A stretch of DNA of 59,190 nt, the filler included, from Sluysia triapertura (lineage: Eukaryota): the NCBI GenBank assembly GCA_046118255.1. It is 4 parts of 4 records of this genome, joined end to end, with 100 filler letters (N's around TTAATTAATTAA, not from the genome) between each part and the next. Parts side by side here need not be neighbours in the genome. Positions count along the whole stretch, not along the records: positions 29,895 to 40,992 come from JBJNIA010188931.1; positions 41,093 to 59,190 come from JBJNIA010178585.1; 2 more parts are not named here. One strand, 5' to 3'. Under the pieces are notes generated by a model, which was not told the origin of the DNA, ran no database searches, and saw nothing but the letters and a program-made list of their open reading frames with translations. Below are positions 38,407 to 51,569 of this stretch, piece by piece. Position numbers and translations under genes: made by a program. Numbering within the stretch: position 1 is the first letter of the stretch; the number at the start of each line of letters is the position of its first letter.

Positions 38407-39665
38407 CTGAGTTATTTCGTAAGTTGTTAAACTTTTTAAGTAAAACACTTGCATAATTATTATCTTTGTTTCGGGAATCATTATTATCATTATCGTAACA
38501 ATTATTATCACCATTGTCATTATTATTATTATTATGGTTATTATCATTATTATTCTTACTATACCGTCGTCATTGACGTTAGTATTATTATCGTTATTGT
38601 TATTATAGTTATTACAATCATTATCTTTTTCGTTGTTACTACAATTATTATTATCATTATTATTATCAATATAATTATTGTTACTATTATTATAATTTTA
38701 TTATCGTTATTATTATAATTATTATCGTTATAATTTTATTGTTTCAATCACTTTACTTTTTCTCTTTTTGCTTGTATGTGTGTCTCTATGTAATTATGCA
38801 TATATGTTCACACTCCCTTTTATATTTTATTACTTTATCGATATTGTTTATTCACTATCAGTTTTATATGATTATAGTCTGTACTATTTCCACATTCTTG
38901 TTCATCCCTCAAATTAGATCTTATATCAATATTATTCAAACATCTGCAAAAAATTGTATAATTCAGACAAGAATTCGATATAAATATGAAGCAACACTGT
39001 TATTATTATAGTAATACACGGTCGAATATTGGCAAACTTTAGCTATTAAAGTTGTTTATGTTTATTTATTTGAGAATTTTTTTACCTTAATGATGACTAT
39101 AATTCTTGATAAGTTACGTATTTCTATGAAGCAAGAAGCACTATTGACCGATGAAATTTTTTTAAAACCTGAACTGTTGCGTCATAAAAAAACGAAAACT
39201 CTTACAAGCTCATAACAACTTCATTTAAGGAATTAGGAGAATCCAATAAAAAGGCTGCATTTGGTAATCGATTTATATCACAAAAAATAAATCTCAGAAA
39301 AATGCATTAATTACCAAAGCTGCAGAGAATGTTAAGTAAGCAATAACGTTACACATTAATTTCATTTTATATATTGTTTTGTTTTCATTTTTGTTCATTT
39401 ATTTGTTAAATTTAATTAAACCTAATATAATTAGTCCTATTATAAACAATACTTATCAATTGTCATGTGTTCATGTGAAATATTTATGTTTATTTACTGA
39501 TGATTATTATAAATAGATAAAATTATCGAGATTCAAGATATACAGAAATTTTATTCATGTAAAATGGTAACACAATCCACTACAGGTCAGTTGTTTTGAA
39601 TAGAAAGCCTTACACAAGATTAGGCTGGAACATTTGCGGAGCCTGCATCTGCAATTATAAAGTAA

Positions 39666-39707
<42 letters not shown>

Positions 39708-40992
39708 TAATAATAAATAATACAAATTAATTGCCTAAGAGGCATAATTAAAATAATACTTAAATGTATGTTAACTGTTAAATTGGAAAGAAAAATGTTT
39801 GGAAATTTAACAAAATAAATAACTTGTTTAGTTATAAATGTTCTAATGTTACGATAAATAAAAATTTAGTTAATTATGTTAATTTAATTGTTATTAGAAT
39901 TAAAATAAAATTGTAAATAAAAATTTTTAGAAATTTAACAAAGTCCAAACATTTTAAAATAAATACTACTACGCCCTCGCCAAAAAGTGAAAATAGGTGA
40001 AGTAAAATATAAGAAAATAATGATTGATCAGTAATCGATTTTTATCTTCTGTATTAATAAAGTTTGACATGCCGTATCAAAACTCTTGTTTTCTGTGTAA
40101 TCCTCAAAAGAGATACTAATGATTGTAAAAATTAAGACTGACTGGATGCTGAAATTTTAAAACACAATAAGAAAGAGCGTAGCAAACCTAAAAAAATAAA
40201 AATATTGACAAAATTCATAATATCCATGTATTAGTAATCTTATAATTTTTGTTTTTATTTTGCTATTATTATACTAATTATTTATATTAATTTTTAAGTA
40301 TCTTTGGGAAACCTCTGTTTAAAGTGTCTTGAAAATATTTTATTTAAAATATTTTAAAATGCTTTTTGGGAAAGCTGTATTATATTATTTGATTGTTATT
40401 ACTATTTTAACAGTTATATTTTAAGTTGTTTAAAAATTGATTTTTTGAGAAGTTCCACGTCCAAGTTATTGTGAATCACATTTGATTAAGTGACTTTGAG
40501 TTTATAATATTTAAATGGTGAACCAATTTTTTTAATTCAATTTTTTGGAAATTTTTGCCACTTTTGTCAGTTTTGGTTACTAGTATAATATAATATAATT
40601 ATTGAATGTGCAATTTAATTTTGTGGTAATAATATTTGTATAAAAATTTTAGTTTTGTTTGTGCAAATTAACATTTATTGTGTTGAAAAATATATTTGTA
40701 TTATTTTGATAATTTTTATTTATTTATTGTGACTCTGATAAAAGTTTAATTATTGAGATTTATATTTAATTTGAACTTAAGATTAATAATAATTTTGAAT
40801 TTAATTTAATTTGATGAACTTTTCAGCTAGTGCAGTAATGAAAAGATATACAACCGCATGTATATGGAATCTTTAACATCAAAGCAATTATAAACAATAA
40901 AACGTTTAGATTACAAAGAAAAGATTTTCATCACCTTCACAAAAATTATAACTTTAAATACATTTCAAACCTTTGTTTTAAAGAAATTCTTA

Positions 40993-41092
40993 NNNNNNNN
41001 NNNNNNNNNNNNNNNNNNNNNNNNNNNNNNNNNNNNTTAATTAATTAANNNNNNNNNNNNNNNNNNNNNNNNNNNNNNNNNNNNNNNNNNNN
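40993..41092. other. Artificial contig join
   Basis: 44 N + TTAATTAATTAA + 44 N. Confidence 0.95.
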
Positions 41093-41819
41093 TATGTATA
41101 TATTTCATTGATAATATTTTTATTGTTTTAGAGTCTAATCGAGCCGAGATCCAGAGCGACAGAGAGCACCCAAAAGAATTGGTGATACACGAGACCATTG
41201 GCAAAACTATAACTCCATTTAATGTACTAATAAACATTAATTATAACCTTTTTTATAAATTGAAATTTAATAGTGTAAATGTCAATATATTTTTCAATAA
41301 ATTCTCGAACATCTTATTGTTTGATTTTAAACTTGATTCGAATAATAATCTTTGTGAAATTAAAACCTATAAGATTAATAATCAAGGATACTTTGAAGTT
41401 CTCAATATAAAGTTAAGGCTTAACGCGTTAATCAACTATTCTAAGACATAAAATAATAAATTTTCTATTTTTTGATGCCAATTCAATTCAATTAAAAAAT
41501 AACTGCAATCTTGCTATTTTTGCTTTCACAGTTGATAAATTCATGATTCAATTATCCAATAAAGATAAGTATCAATTTTCATATGCTAAACATAAGCGCC
41601 ACCCTATTACCCTTTTCAATACAACGCCCTCAAAGTCAACATTAATCTTCAACTACTATTTAATCAAAAATAAAAACTATAAATCATCTTCAACCCCCAT
41701 ACGAAATACAAACAGGAAAAGAAAGAAAAAAAAGTAATTATGACAATGACAGTTACTACAACAATAATTAAAAAATTAGGACAATAATTATTATTATTGT
41801 GAAAATTATTATAAGAGTA

Positions 41820-41935
41820 ATGTGTTTATTTTTTGAATGTATCGAGTAACTTGTTTAGCAGTTTATTTATGTATGAAATGTTGATTTGTGATAGAATGTG
41901 TTCGATTGTGATGTGGAGATGTGGAGTTCAATACA
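41820..41935 (-). repeat. Family A repeat end
   Basis: TTTTGAATG(T/A)ATCGAGTAA...ATGTGGAGTTCA(A/C)TACA is shared with 6185-6300. Confidence 0.8.
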
Positions 41936-43649
41936 TTGTCAAAATAGTTTTGAATCATAATTCCGATGATCTAATACGAAATAATAGAAATACATATAAA
42001 GCACTCGTTCAGTTATTGATTAATGTACTACTAAACATAAAACTGATAATCTACTTGATATTTATGTTATTATCAATGTTAATCTTAACTAATTTTAATA
42101 ATCTATTATATTACAGCACAATATTGGAGATGTATGGTTATATAACAATAGTCGTGATTTCATACAAAACATACATCGCCGTCGTTATCGTTATCATTTT
42201 CATCATTTTATATACCCTTATTAAACTACTAAGTTAGTTAAAACTGCCAAAATTTTAATTTCCTTCAATTTCTCCTACTAATAATGAACATTCAACTCTC
42301 GACAATACCAGAAGGAACACTTATTACTATTATTATTATTACTATTATTATTATTATCATTATTATTATTATTATCATTATTATTATTATCATTATTATT
42401 ATTATCATTATTGTGTTTTATTATTATCATTTATAGTTTTAAAAATTATAATTTTATTTGTAATTTTTTAAATAATTTATTATCCGCATTCGATTTTGTG
42501 AAATATTTTTATTTAAAAATAAGTGTTACTATTTCTACTATTATTTTAATTATTATGTTTATTTTGATTAATTATTACTTATCTTTACTTTGAAATAATG
42601 AAAAAATATACTGTTATTTAATCGATGCTGTTCATTTTGTTAATGTAATTAAAAGTAATTAATATTATATTTTGTTACCGAAAAGTTGGTTAAAATTTTT
42701 ATTCATTTCTAGAATAATTTATAAGTCTTTATAGATTTACCGATTATTAAAATCACTTTTAGCTGAAAATTTTATTTTGTTTTAATAGGTGTTATGTGGC
42801 ACAAAATTAGAATATTTTGAATTTTTACCACATATGGATGTCGAAAATTTATCGTTTAATTCCTTTTTAGGCCTAGATCATGGTGTTGTTAAAAATTCTT
42901 AAATCAAATCATACTTATGAAATGTCACAAGCTTGTAAAGCAATAAAATTTAATGTCAACATAATATACGCTAATGAAGTGTCAGAAACTTAATGATAAA
43001 TTCATAATTGATGATTTATAAATGAATAATAAATGGAATCCTAGATTTGAATGAAACTGCAGATAATCGTGAAAGTTCAAACGATAATAAGTCTAATAAC
43101 TCGTATCTTAGTAGTGATTATAATTCGGCAACATATGAAAATAGAAATATACCAGATCATTTCAAAACTTATGAACGATTAAACGTTGAATCATTAACGA
43201 TTAACCGCAACTCGAACTTGAAAGATTTGGTGGAATGCTAAAGAACTTATGAATAGTCAAATATGCTGTAATTCGATAATATTATAACTGTCACAAAGTG
43301 AAATTCTGACGTAAAAAATTTTGAGATTCACATATCGATGAACATTAAAACAAATATTCCTAAAGATAACGGAAAGCTTATAATAATTTAGAGGTTTTAA
43401 ATGCTAGTGTTTTTTCTTTTTACCTTAAAGCAAATTAGTTTTAATATTATAGGTCTGTTTACAGTCTACGACTTATGTTCGAAAGAGGATGTAACTGTAA
43501 ATACGACAGTAAAAGAATTTAAACTGTTATTTATCTTAAAGGTCGAAATACAGTTAAGACGTCCAATAACACGACAGAAAAACAAAGTAAATTTTATTCT
43601 AACAAATGTATATAGAAAGGAATTAAGTAGAATGAAAATTTGTCAATAT

Positions 43650-43980
43650 GACTAGTGAATTCTGCATTTTCACATCAAAATCACAAACACATTATATTTC
43701 TCATTGGTTGCATTTATTGTTATCATAATTTCTATCACAATAATTTCATATCGTAACTGTATCAACATTATCACATTAAACTACGTAATATAATTCACAT
43801 AATTGTTATTATAATTTTTTTAGTCGTTAATATTAACTTACCTTTTCTCTTTTTTCTTGTTTGCTTATTTGTGCATATGTATATGTACTTGCACTTTTTC
43901 ATATGTCTATTCTTATGTACTTTTTCTTTTACACTCTTTACCATTATTGTCCTTGTTCTTTTGTTTTATTATTTCTTCTA
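43650..43980 (+). repeat. Family A repeat
   Basis: CATTTTCACATCAAAATCACAAACACATT and AACATTATCACATTAAACT match the reverse complement of 5880-6300. Confidence 0.8.
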
Positions 43981-44235
43981 TCGTCTTCATCTATAGTAAA
44001 TTCAATAATATAATCTCGTAATCGTGCAATTGGTGAGTCAATTCTAACATCAGTGCTCAACCATTACCCAGTCAATCAAGTGTTGCAGTTATACAGTTAC
44101 TTCAAATCGTTTAGGTAACAGATTTTTCGACAAGTTACTACCACAAGTTATCCATGTGGTTCTAACAGAACTTCCAACAGAAAAAGTAATAATACTAATA
44201 CTAATACTAATAAATTCGTAACTCAAAAAATAAAA

Positions 44236-44465
44236 TTAATGGATATTAATTGATTTTATTTAATGAATATCAGTTTATTTTATTTCATCATTTTATAATT
44301 TAATGAATATCAATTTAGTATTTCATTAAAACTAATAGATATCAATTTATTTTTACTACTTTGAAACCAGTGGACATTAATTTATCAATGCATTTTGTAA
44401 TGGATTTCAGCAATTTATTTAATGGATTTTTTAACCAGTTATTTCATTGACTTATGGATATTTTA
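44236..44465 (+). repeat. Irregular array of AATG(G/A)ATATCAATT motifs
   Basis: About eight degenerate copies at roughly 22-40 nt spacing. Confidence 0.65.
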
Positions 44466-45782
44466 CTATAAAGACAATAAAATTTGAAAAAAACATAGTG
44501 GTCAACAAGGTCCATATGATATTACTTTAACTTTGGTGTCGATTCATAAATTATGCACGAATTCTATATCTTTTGATGCGAGTTCTTGGAAAATAATCAA
44601 GCGGCTGTAATTCTTGTTTATTTTATTTGCGATAAATTATTACGTATAGATTCACAATCGACAATATATGAGGAATTTCAACAGCTTTTAACAGTTTATG
44701 TAAAATATCTGTAAACTTTTGTTAAATAATTTTTTCCTCATTTAAGTGAGGTATAATATTTTACTTAAAATCATTTAGTTAAATAAAATCCCTTTTACTA
44801 TTAATGTTATATTTTGAAGTGAAAAAATTTTGTATTTAACTTATATTGTGTTTTTGACTTATTTTTATTTATACTGGCATATGTAAACAATAAATCATTC
44901 ATATTAGTTGCATCTTATTTATAACTTCATTACATTGTAAAATTAGATTCAACTTAAAAGCATAATTGGTAGTTATTCCACATCTTTGTGTAAAAAATAA
45001 GAGTACTATAAGTACAACTATCATTGGCATTATAAGCCTAATTTCTTAAATAATTTCTTAAAGAATCTTCAAATATGGCTTAACTTGATAAGTTAACATA
45101 TATAAAAAATAAAAAAATCCTATAGGTAAGTTATTAGTGAACCGTACACTATAGGTGAATCCCTGATAAAATTAATTTTGCATATAGGTAACGTGGATTT
45201 TAAATAAAAAGCTAGCATAACGAATGAATTCGTATGTACTCTTTGTTTTGTATAAAAATTCTAGGCTATAAAGCCTTAAAATAATTATTATAATTATACT
45301 TGTCATGACATAAAAAATAAAATAAAAGTAATGTCTATAATAATAATAGTAATAGTATGTAAATAATCATAATCATAATATTAGGTGTTAATGCATTGTT
45401 AAGCAAATTAGAGAATACACACGTATTCTTGTATTCAGTTGATTGAGAAGAGTAAGCATGTACTCATTCGTTGGTTGATAAGGAATACTTGTGATTGGAT
45501 CTTTTAAATAGGTATTAAAAATGCATAATTTTATTTTAAATATTTAAGTATGACAAATTTTGTGAAAGACAATTCTATTTGGATTATTTTAATAATTTTG
45601 GCAATTAATTTATTTTCCCTCTCATTTAAACATTTTGTAAGAATTTGTATTTTGATTAAATAACGATTCTGGCCAACAGTTTTGATATATTTGAATTTAA
45701 ACTATTGTTAACAATGTGGCGGAATAAACATTTAATTAGTTAGTTTTAACTAATAGGATTTTCGACTGATTTAAAAGCAAGC

Positions 45783-46760
45783 TGCGGTGACCAACCCAAT
45801 ATCGTAGAGTTTTAATTCAAAAATCCACAACAAAATCACATTCATAATATTTCAAACATTCTAAACTTAAAATTACATAACATCAAATTTACATTTAATA
45901 CCGAAAATCATCAATGATTTACTTAAAAATTAATTCAAAATATTGCAAACTTAATTCAACACAATTCACATAAAATCACATCCCATAACATTTTAACTAT
46001 TCTTACATCTAAACCTTTTCATATTTTATTTTCCTTACTTCGACTAAAACATTATCCTAACTGTCTTAAAAAATTTCTATTTCATACTTTATAATATTAA
46101 AATTACATTCACTTTCAGATTAATAACAAACATTTAAAAGTTCATTAAAAACATTATATTCATAGTTATATAACAGTACAATCATAAGGGCATTTGTTAA
46201 CATTGTATAACTACCTTTTAGAACCGTTGCTATATTTCATTTCTTTTAGATTTACTAAAATCATTTTTAATATCTTAAAACATTTTAATCCACAATCTGT
46301 TAACATCCAAACCACTATCTTATTCACAACTTATAATTCAAAAAGCACAAAGAAGGAAACCATGCATCCACATAATCAACAAAGATAAAAAAACATTATT
46401 TATGATTCTCAAGAATCTCATTTCATAATATGTTAAGAAAATAGTAAATAAAATTAAAAGAAAGATCATGCTTAGAAGATATTAAAGAGGTTTATGTTTT
46501 TATTACTATTTAATTACTATTTAATTATTAATTAAGTATTACTATTTAATTAAGTAATATCAATAATTCAGTATTAAAATTGAATACACAGTTTAATTAA
46601 ACAAGATTGTGTCAATAGTATTTACTGTCAACTGCTGATAGTCAGATAATGGAAGTTTGATTGTGGACATATGTACTTACCGTTTCATTGAGTACAAATA
46701 CGCATTTAGCAATATATAATCATGGGCAGACTTATTTTACCATTTAGTTTATCACTTGAT
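45783..46760 (+). repeat. Family B LTR-like repeat (~1 kb)
   Basis: Starts TGCGGTGACCAACC; inverted homologue of 14640-15588. Right boundary approximate. Confidence 0.75.
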
Positions 46761-46998
46761 TAGCTAGCCAATCAGCAGAGAAATTACAGTTTATTAAATT
46801 AGTAACCCAATCAACATTAACAATATATATTACCTGTAATAACATTTCAATAGTTAAAGTAATTTTAGTTGAATTTGTTGGTATAGAATTTTTAATCATT
46901 TTTTATAAATTTAATTTAATTCAATATTTAAGATCACAGAAATTCATTAATAATATCTTTTTACTGATAAAGAGAAATTAATAATTTATTTAATTCAA

Positions 46999-47280
46999 GT
47001 GGAAGCTGATGCTTTGTACGATTTTGTCTCTAAAGATAGTGATGATATGGTTTTTTTGTTACAAACTGGTTTAGAGCTGAGTATGACCAAAAAGAAGGGT
47101 TAGTACCTTTCAGCTACTTAAAATTAAGGCCAAATTCATGGTATTCATCAAAATGTCCAAGATCATATGCTGACAATTTTCACTGGAAAAATATTTAGAT
47201 GTTATTTATGTTCAACAAAATGGTACTGATATTGCTAGTAAACGTGAAACATGACAAAATGGGTTTAGTTTATCCAAAAA
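46999..47280 (+). pseudogene. GRB2: GRB2/Sem-5/Drk-like pseudogene fragment (N-SH3 plus start of SH2)
   Basis: VEADALYDFVSKDSDDMVF [deletion] NWFRAEYDQKEGLVPFSYLKLRPNSWYSSKCPRSYA [frameshift] LEK..QQNGT..RET*QNGFSLS. Compare GRB2 [67 protein letters not shown]. Start codon is GTG. Confidence 0.8.
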
Positions 47281-47805
47281 TTCTTCATTGTATATGACAT
47301 GCAGTTATGTAAATAGAATTAAAATGTTCAACTTCCAAATAAACAAGAAAATAAAATATAATGAATCCAAGTTTAGAGATTTGGTATACCTAAGTTTTAA
47401 AATGTTAATTGATGATACAAGAAGTAATAGTTCCAAACATAATATGCCTTATGGATCGTGTATAGCATTTAAGAATGTTCATTTCCTTAAATGATAAAGA
47501 TGACAAATTCTTCATCAAATTTATATCTGAACAAAACTTATATCTATCAATTAAATTTAATGTCTAGGCTGAAAAGCTCTTATATAATGAAACATAGATT
47601 GATAAAGATATATGACAATATCTGGAGATTAGATAAAACTATTGTGAACCAATTTATGTTTATGCCTATCAATCTATTAGTAGATGTTGATTTATTTGTC
47701 ATAACAAATAAACTGTGCCCACCACAATAGAAAACTTCAAACATCAATTCTGAAATTATTCGTCTCAATTCAGTATATTCTGGTAACAAATTACAAAGCA
47801 CAAAG

Positions 47806-48054
47806 ATGTCAACTCTAGCAGATTTCAACAAATATTATAAGACGGCCCTATGTCCGTACATAACAACACTAATCGGAGAATGCTCAAGATATGCCACAAG
47901 ATGCAAATATTACCATACAGCTAATGAACTTCAAAAGTTTGGAAATAATTCAACAGATGCTATCCTACATCTCAACAGAATATACAAGCTGTTATCAATT
48001 TTAAGTACTTCTCTAGCACAATATACTTATGTTAGACTTCGTAAAATGGACTGA
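47806..48054 (+). CDS. Small ORF or exon with a single CCCH zinc finger (TTP/Roquin-type lead-in)
   Basis: YKTALCPYITTLIGECSRYATRCKYYHTANELQKF = YKTxL-C-x9-C-x6-C-x3-H-xxxEL. Frame is open from 47731. Confidence 0.65.
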   Translation: MSTLADFNKYYKTALCPYITTLIGECSRYATRCKYYHTANELQKFGNNSTDAILHLNRIYKLLSILSTSLAQYTYVRLRKMD

Positions 48055-48118
48055 CCGGGGATCGAACCCGGGACCTTCTCTGCGCAGTTCGAATGCTCTA
48101 CCACTGAACTATCAGCCC
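48047..48118 (-). tRNA. tRNA-Ala(TGC)-like gene with disrupted anticodon arm (possible pseudo-tRNA)
   Basis: GGGCTGA TA GTTC AGTGGTA GAGC A TTCGA ACTGCGC AGAGA AGGTC CCGGG TTCGATC CCCGG TCAGTCC A, then TTTT. 72 nt, A and B boxes, G3:U70, A73. The anticodon stem pairs at only 2 of 5 positions. Confidence 0.8.
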
Positions 48119-49282
48119 CGTCTAACTATTTTATTTTATTATAGTCAATATACCATCATGACACTTTAGGCATTTTACCCTAACACTTATATGGAACAAT
48201 TCGATATGCTCAATAACAGTCACACAAATCTACAATATGATCGAGTGGTACTGTTCTGATTATAAATTAACCTTATCTTTTTATTTATTTAGTGGAATAT
48301 GTGTGCGAAATAAAAGACATATTCGGGAGATAATCAGTATCAATTCAAAAACTTTTAGTTTAATTAATATAAATAAAGTTAGTTTTTTGTATCACTTATT
48401 ACTTTATTGTAACAAGTCTAAAACATATTATTTAATGAAGATAACAATGAAACTTTATCATAATTTGCAAGTTCATATTTTAATAACAATCTTTAATAAA
48501 GTAAATAAAATTTTAATAACAAATGCTTTCAATTTAATAATTTTTGTGTACAACAAATTAAACTACATTAAACCATCACACAAACTAATATTATTACTTA
48601 AAATTTACAAATAAATTTTTCATGACGGTTTAAAGCGTCAGGTAATCTATAACTAAAATATATCAAATATTTTTAAAGTTTTGACTTAAAACTAATAAAA
48701 TATATGTACACATTTATATATTTGTATATTCTTTGTAATATAAAATAAAGCAGTAAGTAAATAAGTTGTTGGTTTAAAGCAACCTCCAATTATTAAAACT
48801 ATGCGCATATTTTTAATAGATCCTAGTTAATTGGATTTAAAATATAAAGGTTAAATTATATAGTCTGAATCTTGTAAAAATAAGTCCCATTTGTAAATCT
48901 TTTCATGTGAGTTTAAGCATGTCGACAAAATCTTACTTGCCGCCATAGTTTAAAAAAGGTTTCAACTAAATCTTTAATAGTTAATAAAACTTCAATTAGA
49001 ATTAATACAGCGAATTAAGTAGTATTAGCAAAGTTTATAAGTATTCTATTTTACTCAACTTCAAGAATTATATAATATTTATAAGGTCATAAAATTTCTG
49101 TATTTAAGTATTAGACCTCACTTAATCGTTTTATATTTATAATCCTGCATATGGCTGGGACCACAGGTGAATTCTTAAATTATTAAAAGCACTTGTGATT
49201 GTAGGCTTTCATTATGAAACCACATCATATTTTATTAAAATTATTTCTATTGTATTAATAAAATTATTATTATTTTAGCAGA

Positions 49283-49410
49283 NNNNNNNNNNNNNNNNNN
49301 NNNNNNNNNNNNNNNNNNNNNNNNNNNNNNNNNNNNNNNNNNNNNNNNNNNNNNNNNNNNNNNNNNNNNNNNNNNNNNNNNNNNNNNNNNNNNNNNNNNN
49401 NNNNNNNNNN
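49283..49410. other. Assembly gap (128 N, no linker)
   Basis: Plain N run. Confidence 0.95.
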
Positions 49411-50790
49411 AGTATTATTATTATCCTTATTATTATTTACGATGTTAGTTTCATTAAGATTCATTGTAGATTTCAGCATGACAAAAGCAGGCGACTTCAG
49501 CGAGTTAGTCGTAAATTTTTATAGAAACAAAACAGAGATCACCTTTGGTTTAACGTTTATTATTTAATCATTAAAATACCTCTCATTTTTGTTCATTATT
49601 TTATCTTTCATTTTAGGTTATAGAAGATTATTCATTTATTGTTTGCCAAATGAATTGGATATTGTAAAGTGTGTTCTAAATATTATATGAAATATGCTTA
49701 AGTCTGCAGATGATTTGTGGAGTGAACTTGTCTAAAACACTGTGATTGTTGAGTGATATAAATTAAGATGTTTTATTGAATAGTACTGTGGATTTCTTGA
49801 TTGTAATAGTTGTGAGATGTGGAATGAATGAAATGTTATGAAATAATTAAGGCGCAGGCTGTTTAAGTTGGGAATTTTGTTAATAATGTTATTCGTTTAA
49901 AATTTATTATGTGCTGATTTGTAATAAAATCAGATGTAATGAGTTCATTAATTTCATTGCTATTCCTATTTTTTAAATATTATTTGCATTATTAAATTTC
50001 TACTCAACAAATTCGTCGCTACTTTTTTACTTTTACAGTATTAAAAGGTTTTTAAATTTAAACAAATAAAGTACTTGTTTGATTTCGTCTATTTTATGAC
50101 TGATGGCAGATATGATATAACCTAATACACAGACTATAATATAATATATTTATAATATATTATTTTAATATTATAAAATTTGAAATTACTTTACATAGAT
50201 ATAATAATTTTTGAATAATAATTTCAGATTTAAAAGATTAAATTTTAGTTTATTATAATTTGGACACAAGTACTTAGTAAAACAAACTGCGAAAATAAGT
50301 GAAATGCATATCAGATTAATATGAATTAATTTTAATTAAAAATCTCTTATTACAAAATAAGATTAAATATAAATTTAACATGTCTACCTATAACGTGTAA
50401 GAATCAAAATGTTAAAACATATCATTATAAATAAAAGCATTATTTTATCTATTTCAAAACTTAGATAATTAAAAATTAAGTAAAACATATTTTGTTATTT
50501 GGTTATACCATGATGAAAAAATTAAAATTTGACCTACAGATTTAAATGACTATATAGATTATTTAAATAATATTGTTGATACCATGAAATTTGCATGTAT
50601 GAAATTAATTATTTCAGGAAAGTATTTCATACATATTATATTATTCTAATGTTGAGTAATATTAAAGTTTAGTTATGTTTCATTTTTCGTGTCATTTTAG
50701 ATTAATGTACATTTGTAACCAATCATATTAAATGCAATAATTTAATTATGGTATAAAATCATACATAAGTAAATTTAATTAATACTTATA

Positions 50791-51157
50791 ATGACTAAAA
50801 TAGGTAAAGTTCGGAAAAATACAGACATGAATTGTGAACCAATACTTAAGGAAAAGTGTATATTTAACTTGCAATATTTTAAATTGTGTATCGTATGTCT
50901 ATTTTGTGGTGTTTTTTATTATTTGCATATTGATTTTATGCAAGAATCTCATGTAATGTTTTCTCATTTATCAACTTTGGAGCGTGAAATGTATTTTAGA
51001 ACAGAAAATGGATTTTATTATTCGTTTTACAAGCAATTAATAAATTCACCAAATTTACATACATCCTTTAATATATTAATGAATGATAACATAACTGAGT
51101 ACCCAAGTAAAATAAGTGCTTTGCAACGTTTTAATTTGTATCCTGAAATCTTTCTAG
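50791..51157 (+). CDS. dpy-19: DPY-19-family C-mannosyltransferase, exon 1
   Basis: FSHLSTLEREMYFRTENGFYYSFYK..DNITEYP..LQRFNLYPE are DPY19 signatures; donor G|GTAAGT at 51158. Confidence 0.95.
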
Positions 51158-51192
51158 GTAAGTTTTAATTAGTATCAACTGGACCTATTTAG

Positions 51193-51569
51193 CTTACATT
51201 TACCGAATTTTCAAATTAGTATTCGAAGATTTGTTTAAAATGACAACTCAAACTTGTTACAGTATTGAAAGAGGAAGTTTATCATCTGTCGTTAGTTGCG
51301 TTGGATTAGGTGATCCACTTGTATTTTATGTAACTATGGTTTTGGTTTTACATGGAATAATGATGATGTTTTTGGTCATTTTTGGATATCGTTTGGCAGG
51401 TAAACACTTTAGTGGTGCAATAGGGGTTTTTCTATTATTTCTATACAATCATCGAGAATGTACTCGTGTTCAGTGGAGTACTCCATTAAGAGAAAACTTT
51501 TCATTTCCATTTTTGTTATTGCAACAGTTATTATTAATATGCATGCTCAGGAAAAAAGATACCAAAAGT
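51193..51569 (+). CDS. dpy-19: DPY-19-family C-mannosyltransferase, exon 2
   Basis: In frame after a 35-nt intron; SCVGLGDPLVFY..NHRECTRVQWSTPLRENFSFPF; donor GTTAGT at 51570 (phase 0). Confidence 0.95.

Noticed and set aside
41132-41225. GC-rich candidate exon after TTTTAG
   Set aside because: Frame ambiguous, no recognisable motif or clear donor, and it sits at a contig edge.
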